Positions 18,202 through 30,485 of a DNA stretch of 53,943 nt are shown in pieces. The translations under genes and the position numbers were made by a program. The stretch comes from a virus (Duplodnaviria > Caudoviricetes), in IMG/VR virus record IMGVR_UViG_3300024999_000139, positions 1-53,943 of that record. One strand, 5' to 3'. The notes below the pieces were generated by a model that worked only from the letters and a program-made list of their open reading frames with translations, was not told the DNA's origin and ran no database searches. How positions within the stretch are numbered: position 1 is the stretch's first letter; the number at the start of each line of letters is the position of its first letter.

Positions 18202-20394
18202 TTACTCTTTCTCGCAATAAAACATTTCTCTAAGTGTAATAATATCTTTCCTTAATACCTCTCTAGTTTGCTGTCTTAACCATCCATAAAACTCATTTGC
18301 TAAAGGTGTAGTCAAGGAACTAGTATACTTAGTATATCCATTCTTAGAAACATCTTCTTTAACACTTCTCATATGTTTCCAGAAACCATAATACTGCAAT
18401 TTAACCTTTGTCATAAATCCAACCGTATCTTCTAAAACAAATCCCTCAATATACTGATTCTTATACTTGTAATCATCTGCGGTTACTTCTTCATACCATT
18501 GATAAAATTCTCTCCAATTATCTAAAACTTTTGCCTTTACTTTCAATGGAAGATTATATTTGTTAGAGAATAATTGCAACTCTTCATAAGATTTTACCTT
18601 ATGTTCATTAATATTATTTTCTACAATTTCCAATAACACTAAATGAGGAAAACTATATTTAATCATATGAGGATCATTCGTAGGATCAATAACTTCAAAT
18701 ACTAAAGTAGATTTCTGTTCCTTGAGATATTCTTTAATTTCAAATTGTTGTTTTTCGTCAAGAATATTATTAAATATATCCTTAAAATATCCTGCAAATT
18801 CACTATTAGGATTTGATTTTGAGCTAATTAATAATGTATCTCTAGAAGAATCATAACCTACTAACCCTAAGAATCCATTATATTTTACCCAAGCTGTCAC
18901 AGGAAATTGGAATACATTTTTAAGATTATCTAGTTTAGTGTTCTCTCGCTCATTGATATTGAAAAATTTTAGAAAACTTTTGGCAATTATCTCTCCGTTT
19001 TCAACATTAAAGAATAATCCTCTGGCCTTCATAGTTTGATCGTCCCAAATCTTCTTATAAAAAGCATCCTTTGTAAAATTAAATGAAGATATATGACCAA
19101 ACTTAGATTCTCTAATGTAGCGATTTTCACGCAATTTTTGTATTAATTCCATGTTAGAAACTACAATTTCTTCAGACTGAACAGGTTTAATTTCTTCCTC
19201 AATTTCCTTAAAAACATTATTTTTTACTTCAATAGTGTTAAATCCTTCATTATCGAGTGTAACAACCCTGAGATTTCCTCCAAACTCTATTTTTCCTTCC
19301 AAACAAAAACATCTTTTATTAATTTGGATTGGTGAATCTGCAACGTTACGATGCCCGTGTATCTGAAAGTGATTATCTGATGTGGAGTTTAAAAATTGAG
19401 CATTGACCACTTCCATATCCTTATATTCTCCAACGCCTTTAATCAACTGTTCTGTGGCTAAGAATTCAAATCTTTCTGGTATTGTGCTGATACCACCATG
19501 CGTAACAACTACAATTTTCTCATTGTATGTATAATAAGCTAATTGTCTTAATTTCCTATAGAATATTCTCAATTTCTTTTTATCTACTTGATATTTATTA
19601 AGTTCTCTTTTTGTTACTTGTTCAAATTCTTTGCTTTTACTAGGAATGTCATTAGCAAAGTCAAACAGCCATTTTTCATGATTTCCTTGTAAAAATATTA
19701 CATTGGGTTTATCCATAATAGTAAATAAGAAATTAAGTAATTCTGCATTTTCAATTCCTCTGTCAACATAATCTCCAACAAAGATATATAATTCATCTTC
19801 TTTTAATTCACTCTGTAAATATTCTTGCAAAACAGTATTACATCCATGTAAATCTCCAATATGATGAATCTTTTTATACTTAGAAAAATCTAAAGGAGAA
19901 TATGTAATTGTGTCCCAAAATTCCTCTGGTTTAATTGCTTTAACTCCACTAGGAATTTTTTGAGATTCAAATCTTGCATACATATTGTCAATCACAAAAT
20001 CAGGTACAACTTTATAATCAGGTTTTCTATTCCTATTTCTCTCTTTGCAAACTTCAATAGGAATATCCGTCATATCAACACAAATTATTCTATATCTATA
20101 TGTTTCTGCCATACTTTTGTATCTATTTAACTCAACAGTTTTAGAATTAGTTGCATCAACTACAACAAATTCTCCACGAATCATTCTTTGCTCTAAGATA
20201 TCAAATAGTAGTTCCCATACTTTTTTATCATTCTTCTGACTAACACCATATTTTCCATCTGAAGTCATAATAGGAGATTGTAAAAGTAGTCTAATATTAT
20301 CCGCACTTAAAGCATATTGTTCAAGATTATTTTCTTTGATGAAGGTTGATTTTCCACTCGCAGGTGATCCTCGAAACAATGTAAGTATTCTCAA
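18202..20394 (-). CDS. polynucleotide kinase-phosphatase-RNA ligase (RNA repair)
   Basis: P-loop GSPASGKST, metallophosphatase GDLHG/GDYVDRG/GNHE, ligase KYNG...EGFV. Confidence 0.88.
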   Translation of the reverse strand: MRILTLFRGSPASGKSTFIKENNLEQYALSADNIRLLLQSPIMTSDGKYGVSQKNDKKVWELLFDILEQRMIRGEFVVVDATNSKTVELNRYKSMAETYRYRIICVDMTDIPIEVCKERNRNRKPDYKVVPDFVIDNMYARFESQKIPSGVKAIKPEEFWDTITYSPLDFSKYKKIHHIGDLHGCNTVLQEYLQSELKEDELYIFVGDYVDRGIENAELLNFLFTIMDKPNVIFLQGNHEKWLFDFANDIPSKSKEFEQVTKRELNKYQVDKKKLRIFYRKLRQLAYYTYNEKIVVVTHGGISTIPERFEFLATEQLIKGVGEYKDMEVVNAQFLNSTSDNHFQIHGHRNVADSPIQINKRCFCLEGKIEFGGNLRVVTLDNEGFNTIEVKNNVFKEIEEEIKPVQSEEIVVSNMELIQKLRENRYIRESKFGHISSFNFTKDAFYKKIWDDQTMKARGLFFNVENGEIIAKSFLKFFNINERENTKLDNLKNVFQFPVTAWVKYNGFLGLVGYDSSRDTLLISSKSNPNSEFAGYFKDIFNNILDEKQQFEIKEYLKEQKSTLVFEVIDPTNDPHMIKYSFPHLVLLEIVENNINEHKVKSYEELQLFSNKYNLPLKVKAKVLDNWREFYQWYEEVTADDYKYKNQYIEGFVLEDTVGFMTKVKLQYYGFWKHMRSVKEDVSKNGYTKYTSSLTTPLANEFYGWLRQQTREVLRKDIITLREMFYCEKE

Positions 20395-20438
20395 TTTATT
20401 TTCCTCCTTCTTATTCTACCCAATCAAATTTGATTTTG

Positions 20439-20864
20439 TTAGGAATGTAAAAATTTCAAAGCCTTAACATATTTATCCTTCATTCTCATATATTTTTCAT
20501 CTGGTTCAGGTATTCTATCCAAACATAAATTATGTGATATATCAGCTAATTTCACCTTCAATGCTAACTGATTTGATTTTACTCTTATTAAATAATCTTC
20601 ATATTTTTCTTTAGTATTTTTCCTTTTAGTAATACAATCAACTGCATCAGCAATAATATTCCCAAACCATAGTCTTAATTCTTCTAGAGTAAATAAATTA
20701 GAGTCTTCTATAATATCATGTAATAATGCAACAATCTTTTCTTCTTCTGTATCCATTTGTAAAGACAAATATATTGGATGGTTAATGTATGGAGTACCTC
20801 CTCTATCATATTGGTCTTCATGTGCTACAATAGCAATATTAATAGCTAATTGTAATCTATTCAC
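20439..20864 (-). CDS. stand-alone RelA/SpoT-type HD hydrolase (Mesh1-like)
   Basis: AHxxQ...PYINHP...LLHDIIED...VKLAD. Confidence 0.85.
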   Translation of the reverse strand: MNRLQLAINIAIVAHEDQYDRGGTPYINHPIYLSLQMDTEEEKIVALLHDIIEDSNLFTLEELRLWFGNIIADAVDCITKRKNTKEKYEDYLIRVKSNQLALKVKLADISHNLCLDRIPEPDEKYMRMKDKYVKALKFLHS

Positions 20865-20911
20865 TGAATATCACTCTCCTGCTTTATAATCATCCTAAGT
20901 TCATATTTAAT

Positions 20912-23273
20912 TCAATCACTACAAAAAGTAATATATCGCCCTGTCACCCATTGGTTATTATCTAATAAATATTCATTAAATTCATCTTTGTCTTTACGAA
21001 TGTCTTTAATTGTTCTCATAATATATCCAAAAGTAAACCAATCTCCTATCTTATAATTCGTATCAAAATTATTTTCCAAAAACATCATTCCTTTAATTCC
21101 CAATATCCAACATTTTATAGACTCATTTTTACATAAAAACTATTCTATAAATCAACACATAACCCCAAACAATAATTAACATGCCCACATATCCTTTGAA
21201 TACATTCATAATATTATTGGTAAAAATAAACCATAACGATGCTACAACTATTGGAATTGCTGTCACAAAATCACACATGCTTTCTGTTATTGAAACTGCT
21301 TCCCAATTTAAACCAAAATACCATGATTCTAAAAGATTTATTAAAATACATATAGTAACTGAAAACATGTATTTATCTATGGTTAATTGCTTTTTAAACA
21401 TTATTTATCCTTTCTATTTCCTTAAATATCCCTTAATGGTACTGTCTCTAATTTACTTTCTGCTTTATCTTTTTGATACTTAATTAATACTTCTCTAACT
21501 TCATCTGATATATAATCATCATCATAATTCTCTTCATTTTTACTTGTCCAATTTAAACAAACATGATCTTGCCAAATGAAATGTCCATGACAATATAAAT
21601 CCCACACATTTTCTGATTTATAATTTTTATATGATTCTGAACAAGTTAAACAAGTTATATTATTTTCTTTGCATATTTTTCTAAGATTCATTAAAATCAT
21701 CCCTTCTCAATTTTAAGTTAAGTTTTACAACATATAATATTCCTTAATTCGTTTAATTCTTTCTAATACTTCTCTTGGATTGTCATAATCTGATTCGTAA
21801 AATGGCTCAAAATAAGACATAAATTCTTGCATATCATTTGGATATGGATCACTTACATGATGTCCTTTTTCATACTCAATATCAAATTCAAGATCAAAAT
21901 ATTGTCTTGCTTCTTTGATTAGATACTTAATATCTTCTACAATTTCATCATTGTATTTTTCCAAGATAAATCCAAATGTATCTTCATAATTTCTATAAAA
22001 TAATAGTCTTTTCATATTTTCCTCCTTCTTGCATCCCGCATTTTATTTCTCTACATCTCTTTATATGCTTTAATCATTTCCTCTCCATATTCTATATCTT
22101 TTCTAATTTCATCTTCTACTAATTTTTCATATTCCTCTACTTCTTTTTCACTCATATATTTTCTAGCAGTTGGATACACATAAGTAACATTTACTTGTTT
22201 TATTTCACCAGTAAATAATATATAGGTAGAAGTGATGAAATTTGCTATTGTTACAAGCCATAAAGTAGTCATAATCAGCTCACTTTTATCCATAATTCCT
22301 TCTGCTTTAATCAAATATACAAATAAACAACAAACTATTGCAACCAAAGAGAAACCCCATATTGCCCCAACAGGACTATGATTTAAATTATAGTTAAATC
22401 TCTTAAACATAATTATTTACTCCTATCATCTATATATTTTCTCATACACTTCAAACAATAATCTTTTTCTCCAGTATCAGGATATTTTGTAGTAATTATG
22501 TCATTAAAATCATGTATAATAGCATTGCAATTATCGCAAATCTCTTTCCACGTATACCAAGTACATTTATCTGGAACAATTGACTTATAATTATATTTAA
22601 CTATCATTATATCTTTCTTCATTTGCTTTTTCCTTTCTAAAATAACATAAAAACAATAGTTTATCGTAGTTTATGCTCAACTTCAACTAATCTCATTATT
22701 GCTTTATATAAATATGCAGTTGAACAAATACAATCAGTTCTCATATTTTTCATTAAACAATTTCTCCAACATGTATCAGTGCAATAATTTATAATGTCTT
22801 TGTATTCGTCACCAATCTTAAATTGAATCCTACCATCTATAATTTTCGTTAATTTATTTTCCATTTTTATCTTCCTTTCATCGAATGAATTATTTGCTAT
22901 GAATTATATTTCCCTGCTCTTATTTTACATCCTTCTTGATATTCACATTTATCTTTATTGAAGCATATGTGCCAATCACCATAACAATCAACTTCTACAA
23001 TATTAAATAAATGATGAAATTCTCCAAACTTTTTTAGGAATTCTTCTTCAGTCATAGAAATACCTCTCCATTCTAAGAAATATATTTGATAAAAGAATTT
23101 ATCCCTACACTCTTTTCTCCGTTCTTAGGATCATACCATTTCTGAGAAGTACACCAATAATTTACACCATCAACTTGTAATTGTCCGTTTGCATACTCAT
23201 CATAGATAATATCTCTCTTATCAAGAATTTCTTTTACTTTATCAAGTTTAGACATGTTTTTGTCGTTTAGCAT
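20912..23273 (-). other. cluster of small hypothetical genes (20912-21103, 21129-21401, 21422-21700, 21725-22015, 22051-22410, 22413-22622, 22661-22864, 23073-23273)
   Basis: co-oriented, tightly packed ORFs; two are membrane-type. Confidence 0.6.
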
Positions 23274-23297
23274 AATTAATTTCTCCCTTCTTATTAA

Positions 23298-24059
23298 TTA
23301 CAAATACTTCTCAATATAGTTTCTATCCTGTGTAAAAATAGGGATATCCTCATCAACCACCCATCTACTACGCATAACTCCGTCTTTATCATATTGCTCT
23401 TTTATAATACATACACCACGTTTTTGATATGTTGGTAAATCATTGAAATTAATTTCTTTCTCTTGAAATAACATTTATTGAATTTGATTGCAGGTTTTAT
23501 TTTGTAGTTGTTTGTGACTAAAGTTTGCCTGACCAACCATTTGTATAGCATTCCTAGTTGCGTCTTGTTGTCTCCAAATAAACGCATTGCACACTTCTTC
23601 TTTAGGAATATTATAGACTCTACTATCAAACATAGCAGTATTAAACCTTTTTGCATATTTATTAAAAGTCTCATTTGTATCTGATATCTCATTACTATTA
23701 ACTCGAAAAGCATTATTGAAAGCCATCGTTGCCATACTTGCAGATACAGAAACGATCTTTTGCACGTTTTTATCAAACCATGCTTGAGTTGTAAGAGTAT
23801 CATAATCAGTGAGCAGTAAAGTAATTTCATCGCTTTGGATATAAGCAATTTTACATCCCATAACATTTTCACAAAGATATTTTGCGGTGTCCCACATTGT
23901 TTTCATTAATACCATATCAAATGGTTTTTTAAATCCTTTAGTGAACGAGTGGAACGCTTTACCATCCAGACGAATTAAAGTTGGCATTCTTTTAGTTAGA
24001 TATCGTCTTTCAATATTTTCATAACCCTTCATGCGGTCTCCAAGATCATCTTTACTCAT
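23298..24059 (-). pseudogene. tRNA(His) guanylyltransferase Thg1-like, interrupted by an in-frame TAA at 23475-23477
   Basis: RLDGKAFH, QSDEI, FDSR, WRQQDATRN; the same frame resumes MLFQEKEINFNDLP...KRG...DIPIF to TAA at 23298. Confidence 0.85.
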
Positions 24060-24099
24060 ATTTATTTTCCTTTCTTTTATAACTTAAAATATTTGTTTG

Positions 24100-24444
24100 C
24101 TAGGAAATTAATAGTTCAGTATTTTCCCATTTATTACCTACAATTTTGATTTTTGATATGCGATAATAAGAATCATCCCTATTCATTTCCAAATAAAGTT
24201 CTCTTAAATCCTTTACAATATAATAATTATCCTGCTTAATATCGTCAATCCAAATCTCAAGAATATCATCTTCATAAACTTTTAATCCTTCTAAATCATT
24301 GATCCCTGCCCATTGCATCAATTCAATTTCGTTTCTTCTATACATGAAACCATTAGTAAAATAAGGATTAGAAGTTGCCCTCCAATCATATAACATTTTA
24401 TTTTCTTCTTTTAACCAACATCTAAATTTATACTCTCTACTCAT
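24100..24444 (-). CDS. YopX-family protein
   Basis: REYKFRCW...LMQWAGINDxxGxxVYEDDI...IVGNKWEN. Confidence 0.85.
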   Translation of the reverse strand: MSREYKFRCWLKEENKMLYDWRATSNPYFTNGFMYRRNEIELMQWAGINDLEGLKVYEDDILEIWIDDIKQDNYYIVKDLRELYLEMNRDDSYYRISKIKIVGNKWENTELLIS

Positions 24445-25671
24445 CTTGCCAATCCTCCCTCCCTTTAATATTCTCCCAATCTAAAAATTCCTCTTCTGCT
24501 CTTTTCCTACACTCCGGACAAAATCCTCTACCCATTCCATCTGTGCATAAATGAGCATTACCATTTTCACCACAATACCAACAAGAATAAAAACTATTTT
24601 GTTTTGAAGGATGCCAAGGACTATCGACACTATCTTTATCTACTAAGAATTTTTCTGCAAACTCTTCATCTGACATATTATTAATGTCTTCTTCAATTTG
24701 TTTCCATTGTTTATCTGTAAGCATTTTTATTTCTCCTTTTCAATCTTCTGTTTTAAATCATCATCTAATGCATCATTTTTCCAAAGTATTGCAAAATTAT
24801 CTTCCCATTCAGAAAGTTTATTATGTATTTTTAAACCTTTCCCTGTAAACCTACAATAATTTCTTTCTGCATTTGAAAACAATTTAGCTATAAGATCGAG
24901 ATAATATATAATCATTCTAAACACCTTGTTGATAAATAAAACTAAAATATTTTCCCGGATTTATTATGTACTTAGTATAACATTATTTATTAATTAATGT
25001 CAAGTATTTATTTTCGCTTTATGAATCAACCTCACAACAGTTTTCACATACTAATCTAAGATACCCACAGTCAGAGCAAACTATATCAGGAATTTTACAA
25101 CCTACATGATATTGTGAAATGTTACCATCACTCTCAATCTTCATCTTACACGCATTACCAATAGGCATCATTACTCCACAAGTATGGCAAATGTGAGTAT
25201 CTTCATTGATTTGTTTTGCATTCTTATCTATAAACATTCGCTACCTCCTATTCTTTAATCTATTATAAGTAAAATCTGCTTCTCTCCGAAATTCCATATC
25301 TTCTTCATACCTATTAGCGAAATCAACATGACTCATAAATAACAAATCTCTTACCTTTTCTTTTGCTTTGATGTCTCCAAATATACAATTTGCAACCGCT
25401 TCAACAATCTTATAATAAGTTTTTATACTTTTCATATTCATTATTTTACATTCTCCTTCGTCCAATAAAATATCAATTGAATTTACTTCAACCCCAATGC
25501 AACAAACTCTCCAGAACTCATTAACCGATACTTCTCTAAATCAACAACCTTACAATCTTTCCCATCAATAATTACTACATCACCACTTTTATAATCTTGA
25601 TCATTTGGAGTATAGGCCGACACAACTTTTCCTTTGGAATTATACAATAGCACATCCATTTTCATACTCAA
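24437..25671 (-). other. small hypothetical genes (24437-24724, 24727-24924, 25019-25237, 25241-25465, 25483-25671)
   Basis: co-oriented ORFs, two Cys-rich. Confidence 0.55.
24974..25003 (-). promoter_or_regulatory. sigma-A promoter
   Basis: TTGACA-18 nt-TATACT with TG extension. Confidence 0.65.
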
Positions 25672-25701
25672 ATTATTTTCCCACTTTCTTTTCTTTTATT
25701 T

Positions 25702-26385
25702 CTACAACAATACAACGTCATTATAAATTAATCTGTGTTTATCATCTACCCATTTATCTTCATGATAGTGACCAAAGTACCACTGTTTATAGTCTAATTT
25801 CTCTTCTAAGGCCTCAAAATACTTGTTAATTGATGTTAAACTCTTAACCCATAGTCCTGCCATCAACTTCTCAAAAACACTCTGAGAACAATCATGTGAA
25901 ATAACATAATCTACAATCCACCCACATTTATCTAAATTATCTAATCCCTCTTCATATTCTCTATTAGATGGCATTTCTCTTTTCCACCATGATTTTCCTT
26001 CTGTCCTGTGTTGCTTATCAATTGAATCAGCTCCACCAAATGTAAATATTTTTGTACCATTGATAGTATATACTTGACCTCTCATAAGATGGATCACACT
26101 GTCGTTAATAAAATGTACTTTCCCACCATTCCATTCAGATACTTTCATTTTATCAAGCATTGAATGGTTTTCATGATTTCCATCAATCCACAGAGTAGTA
26201 TAACTCTTCTTATGTAGCCAATTCAACCAATATTCTTCTTCTTTATCTCCGTTCCATACTAAGCCGAAATCTCCAGCAATAATCATATAGTCATCTTTAG
26301 TTAATTCTTTTTGTATTGGAAAATTCATCATATTAAATTTTGACATGCTCATACTTCCATGAGTATCGCCTGTGACAAAAATCAT
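25702..26385 (-). CDS. calcineurin-like metallophosphoesterase
   Basis: MIFVTGDTHG, GDFG, GNHE, GHYH; start reassigned to the ATG at 26385 (TAATG overlap). Confidence 0.88.
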   Translation of the reverse strand: MIFVTGDTHGSMSMSKFNMMNFPIQKELTKDDYMIIAGDFGLVWNGDKEEEYWLNWLHKKSYTTLWIDGNHENHSMLDKMKVSEWNGGKVHFINDSVIHLMRGQVYTINGTKIFTFGGADSIDKQHRTEGKSWWKREMPSNREYEEGLDNLDKCGWIVDYVISHDCSQSVFEKLMAGLWVKSLTSINKYFEALEEKLDYKQWYFGHYHEDKWVDDKHRLIYNDVVLL

Positions 26386-26571
26386 TAATAAACACACTCC
26401 TCGTTCCTACTATTAACAATTTCCACCAATTCACCATCGTACATAATATCAAAAACTTGCTTAGTCTTTACATCAATTTCCAAATCGCAGTTCATACAAT
26501 ATACTGAAAGATACCTTAGTGGTTTGTTTACTTCCGCACTTTGGGCATTGGCATATTTCTGTTCTTTTCAT
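26385..26571 (-). pseudogene. frameshifted small Zn-ribbon protein
   Basis: MKRTEICQCPKCGSKQTTKVS in one frame; YCMNCDLEID...YDGELVEI... continues in another frame. Confidence 0.55.
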
Positions 26572-26617
26572 TTATGTACACTCCTTGCTGTTCATTATTA
26601 ATTTATTTCTTATTTAT

Positions 26618-26646
26618 ACTATAACATGTCTTACAACATAATGCAA
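26618..26646 (-). promoter_or_regulatory. sigma-A promoter
   Basis: TTGCAT-17 nt-TATAGT with TG extension. Confidence 0.55.
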
Positions 26647-26710
26647 ATATAATTTTTCTTTAAATTGTTTTTATGTATGAGGATAATGAATCAGCATTAC
26701 CCTCTATATA

Positions 26711-27295
26711 CTACCTATTATTTTCCAAATTATAGATTTCTCTCATAGACATATTGCCAAATTTTTCTTCCATTTTATCTAAATAAGCACCAGACATTTT
26801 ACCCTTTTCTAATAGATAATCGTTTTCCCATTGTTCAAATTTTTCTTCGCTTAAATTCATAACTACAATTTCTTGCCATCGATAAAGATCGTTTTTGAGT
26901 CCAATACTATATTTTGTTGTCCTAACACGTTCAGCCATTCCTTTAAAACTTGTGCTATCTGGCATTTTTTGAACCATTTCCTCATTGAAAAGTATTGCGT
27001 CTGCATGATTGTAGATAAAATGTTTAAAGATTCCACTGATAAGATTTGTCATACTTGAAACTAAAAATGTTTCATTAATATCGTTTTCAATTAATGTTAC
27101 CATTCTATCTCTTAGGATAACTAACCCCTTATTATAATCTTCCTCAATCTCTTTAACACCGATCTTAAAACCAATTAAGCAAATTAGGCTTGCCATATCT
27201 GTAGCTTTGTTGTCTTGAGTATTTTCATCCCACTTTTTTAACGCATCAATAAATGTGTTAGTAGCATCGAATTTCATGTTTTCTCCACCTCTCAA
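26711..27295 (-). CDS. hypothetical protein
   Basis: about 188 aa from MKFD, GAGGTGG RBS. Confidence 0.7.
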   Translation of the reverse strand: MRGGENMKFDATNTFIDALKKWDENTQDNKATDMASLICLIGFKIGVKEIEEDYNKGLVILRDRMVTLIENDINETFLVSSMTNLISGIFKHFIYNHADAILFNEEMVQKMPDSTSFKGMAERVRTTKYSIGLKNDLYRWQEIVVMNLSEEKFEQWENDYLLEKGKMSGAYLDKMEEKFGNMSMREIYNLENNR

Positions 27296-27328
27296 TTTTT
27301 AAGTAGTATATTTTACTAACTTATTAAT

Positions 27329-27357
27329 AATATACCATGTATGTTTGGTATAGTCAA
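27329..27357 (-). promoter_or_regulatory. sigma-A promoter
   Basis: TTGACT-17 nt-TATATT with TG extension. Confidence 0.6.
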
Positions 27358-27416
27358 TAGTTTAAGAAAAATTATATTTGGATTATGGTTTATTGATTAT
27401 ATAAAATGAGTATTTG

Positions 27417-28452
27417 CTAGGAATTCACTTTCAACATCTCAACTAACAAACTCATAATCTTTTCTGTAAAAGCTTTATCATCTTCACGATCCATATATTC
27501 TGTATGCACAGTTAATAACAATTCTTCTGGTGGACTAAGGAAGTCCTCTCCATCATTTCCACTGCGTTTTACAATATCAAGTTGCCCGAATCCAATATCT
27601 GCACTCCAATAGATTCTCATCCCACCTTTGTTTCCTGTATGAGAACTCCAAAAATTAACGTTGTCTATTTGTAGATTAATATTGTTTACATCATATTTTC
27701 TAGGCATTAAACTTATCTCCTTTTTTTATTTATTTACTCATTTCTGTCCCTGTTTGTTTAAGATATTTAAGAACATATTCTATTCCATTAATTATATCAT
27801 CTGTAGAATACATTACTCCATGATCTATTTGATTTGTTGACATACATGGTTTAAAGCAACAACAACTATGGTGGGGAAGTTCACAATGTTTATCACATTT
27901 ATTATAATTAACAAATGCTCGAAGACTTTCTTTAGCTTTATATAAATTATCAATATCCATTTTTAAATTCTCCTTTCCATTTAAAATCAAAGTTTTAAGC
28001 TATCTACTATCTCCTCTAATAATCCTGTCTTCATCATCATAATTAACATCATATTCTTTTTGGCATTTAAGGCATTCTAACCAACAGGCTCCTACTAACC
28101 CAACATCTGATCTGTGTAATTTTTTCTTATCAGATGTCTCACCATATCTATTAATATCAAATCTCATCTCACTTGTTCGTTCTTCAATATATACTAAAAT
28201 TTCTCCACATTCACATTTTGGTTTTAAATATTTCATCTTATACCTCCTTTTAGATATGAACTATATTTTAGGTTCATAATTTCCAACAAATTTACATCTA
28301 GTACACCACACATGATTAGTCCAACCATATTCTAATGTGCTAATTAATTCTGAATGCAAAACCCCTCTGCAATTGGGACATGGTTTATCTAGTGTCTTTA
28401 CATTTGACATATCAGATTTTAACTCAAAAAATTTCTTGATGAATTTTAACAT
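27417..28452 (-). other. small hypothetical genes (27417-27707, 27730-27990, 28000-28236, 28261-28452)
   Basis: RBS-preceded ORFs; three are Cys-rich. Confidence 0.6.
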
Positions 28453-28695
28453 AAATTTAGTCTCCTTTTAAATTCGTTAAATTCCTCGATTTATTTCCCT
28501 CCATGTTCCCAAACATCTTCTTGCCCATTTTCATAAACAGTGACCATTGATTCACATATAATACAAACATATAAATGTTGTTCGTCATTTGAAATACCTT
28601 CAGATGAAAAGTGATCCATTTTCTCTTGGCAGTATTTACAAAACATAATTATTCCTCCTTAACCATATAGCTTAAAACTAGATTTTGCTAGGGTT

Positions 28696-29157
28696 TTAAT
28701 CTTCTTCCTTAACTTCCCACTCATCTCTCCAACCCATTATTTCTTTTATCTTTTGAGAGTTATTGTTTAAAAACTTTGTAGCAAAATTATCTGCATCTAA
28801 TTCGCTAATGCCTGTTTTCTTAATATATTGATAATAATGACGTAATTCGTGCAATAAAGCATGTAAAGAATAAAACTGTTTACTATGAAAGTTATAATCA
28901 TCATAATCTTGAGCAAATATAAAGACACACACTTTATCAAAGTAGGGAATATAAATACCTTCGACTTTACCTATAAGAATAGGAAGTATCCTTAATGAAA
29001 GTAACATTAATAAACAATGAAGAAATCCTAATTTTAGAAGGTCAAATCTATTTTCGCAAATAATAATTTCTTTGGGTATATATTCCTCACCTAGAAACTT
29101 CAGTATTTTGTTAAGTTGTTTATTGGTAATATACCGTTCATTGTTCTTAATTCTCAT
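28696..29157 (-). CDS. HExxH zinc metallopeptidase-like protein
   Basis: LLHELRHYYQ...ELDADNFA. Confidence 0.65.
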   Translation of the reverse strand: MRIKNNERYITNKQLNKILKFLGEEYIPKEIIICENRFDLLKLGFLHCLLMLLSLRILPILIGKVEGIYIPYFDKVCVFIFAQDYDDYNFHSKQFYSLHALLHELRHYYQYIKKTGISELDADNFATKFLNNNSQKIKEIMGWRDEWEVKEED

Positions 29158-29323
29158 TTATTTCTCCAAAGAAATTACTTTTCTATCGTAAGTTTAATAT
29201 TTAACTTATCACAATACTGACAACCAGTTATAGTATCGCCAAATCCAAACGGATCTTCTTGTAGTTCTGGTTTGTGGAATCCTAATAAACATAATAATTT
29301 TCTAATCAATTTTCAGTCCTCCA

Positions 29324-29635
29324 TTACTTAAAATCTCTCTCATATTTTTCTTCACCTAAAATATCTTTGGCAATAACCAATACCTCCTGCAATTGATTAA
29401 TATATTCCTCCAAGTTACAAATATGAATATAATCTGTATTGTCTTCAACATCCTGCGAGAATTCACTATCGTTTATATATCCATTATATCGCTTCCACAG
29501 ATTTACACAACCATCCCATTTGAAACTAAGTTCAAGTGTATTGTAATTTTTATCTCTCAGTTCAACTGATACAATTAGTTTTCCGTCATTTGTTTTATTT
29601 ATTTTATGTACATTCCAATGTTGATATTCTTTCAT
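29324..29635 (-). CDS. hypothetical protein
   Basis: 103 aa with RBS. Confidence 0.65.
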   Translation of the reverse strand: MKEYQHWNVHKINKTNDGKLIVSVELRDKNYNTLELSFKWDGCVNLWKRYNGYINDSEFSQDVEDNTDYIHICNLEEYINQLQEVLVIAKDILGEEKYERDFK

Positions 29636-29653
29636 TAATATTTTAACTCCTTT

Positions 29654-29995
29654 CTATCCACCATGTAACGATGGAATATTATAAATCCTCTTACTAAAAT
29701 CTTTTAATTCAATAGGTAATTCACCTCTATAACTTCTCTCACATTCTCTAACACACCATTTATTTAATCTTTCTTCTTTTGTTTCTGGTTTTCCTACCAT
29801 TTCAAATCCTTCATAAGTACCTGGATCAATAGGAGCTTCATCTAATTTATTGTCTGACAAATAAGCATAATCATCCTCATTATTATCATCAAATTGAATT
29901 TTTGGTCTACTATTCATACCCCATGCTTTATTACATTTTTCATCGCAAGCAACAATAATTCGTTGACCACAATAAGTTATATTCTTTTGAATCAT
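29654..29995 (-). CDS. Cys-rich hypothetical protein, paralogue of 34167..34508
   Basis: CDxKCxKAWG...DPGTYEG...WCxRECERS. Confidence 0.75.
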   Translation of the reverse strand: MIQKNITYCGQRIIVACDEKCNKAWGMNSRPKIQFDDNNEDDYAYLSDNKLDEAPIDPGTYEGFEMVGKPETKEERLNKWCVRECERSYRGELPIELKDFSKRIYNIPSLHGG

Positions 29996-30041
29996 TATAA
30001 TTTCTCCTTTTCACTTGGTTTAAAACCACACTTTTCTGGGA

Positions 30042-30485
30042 TTACTTTTTAATTTTCATCGTTACATTAACATCAATTTGTTTCATAAACCAAACATACC
30101 AAGGTTCAAATCCTTCATTGTTAGCATAATGTCCATCTCTATATAATATAAATTCTTTTTCTAGTTTTTCTGAATCTTCTAAAGACATAAAATTTCTTAA
30201 TATTGCTACTGTTTTCCACATAACCCCTTGTTCTGATTCGGTTTTAGGTTCATTAATATATTTATACATTTTACTTTCCTCCTTTTAACTAAACAAATCT
30301 TCAACTTTGCAATATAATACATCATCCTTATACAATTTATCTTCAACCACTTTTACAGATGTTGAAAATCCTCCTCTCAAAGATATTAAGCACTCATCTC
30401 CATCAATATATTTAGATACAACAACTGCTCTTATTCCTTGTGCAGATATAAACCTTTCAACTATTTTCTCAAAACCAATAATCAT
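30042..30485 (-). other. two small hypothetical genes (30042-30269, 30285-30485)
   Basis: RBS-preceded ORFs. Confidence 0.6.

Noticed and set aside
23402-23872. 156-aa minus-strand ORF overlapping Thg1
   Set aside because: Alternative frame inside Thg1; the true Thg1 C-terminus continues in the original frame after the TAA.
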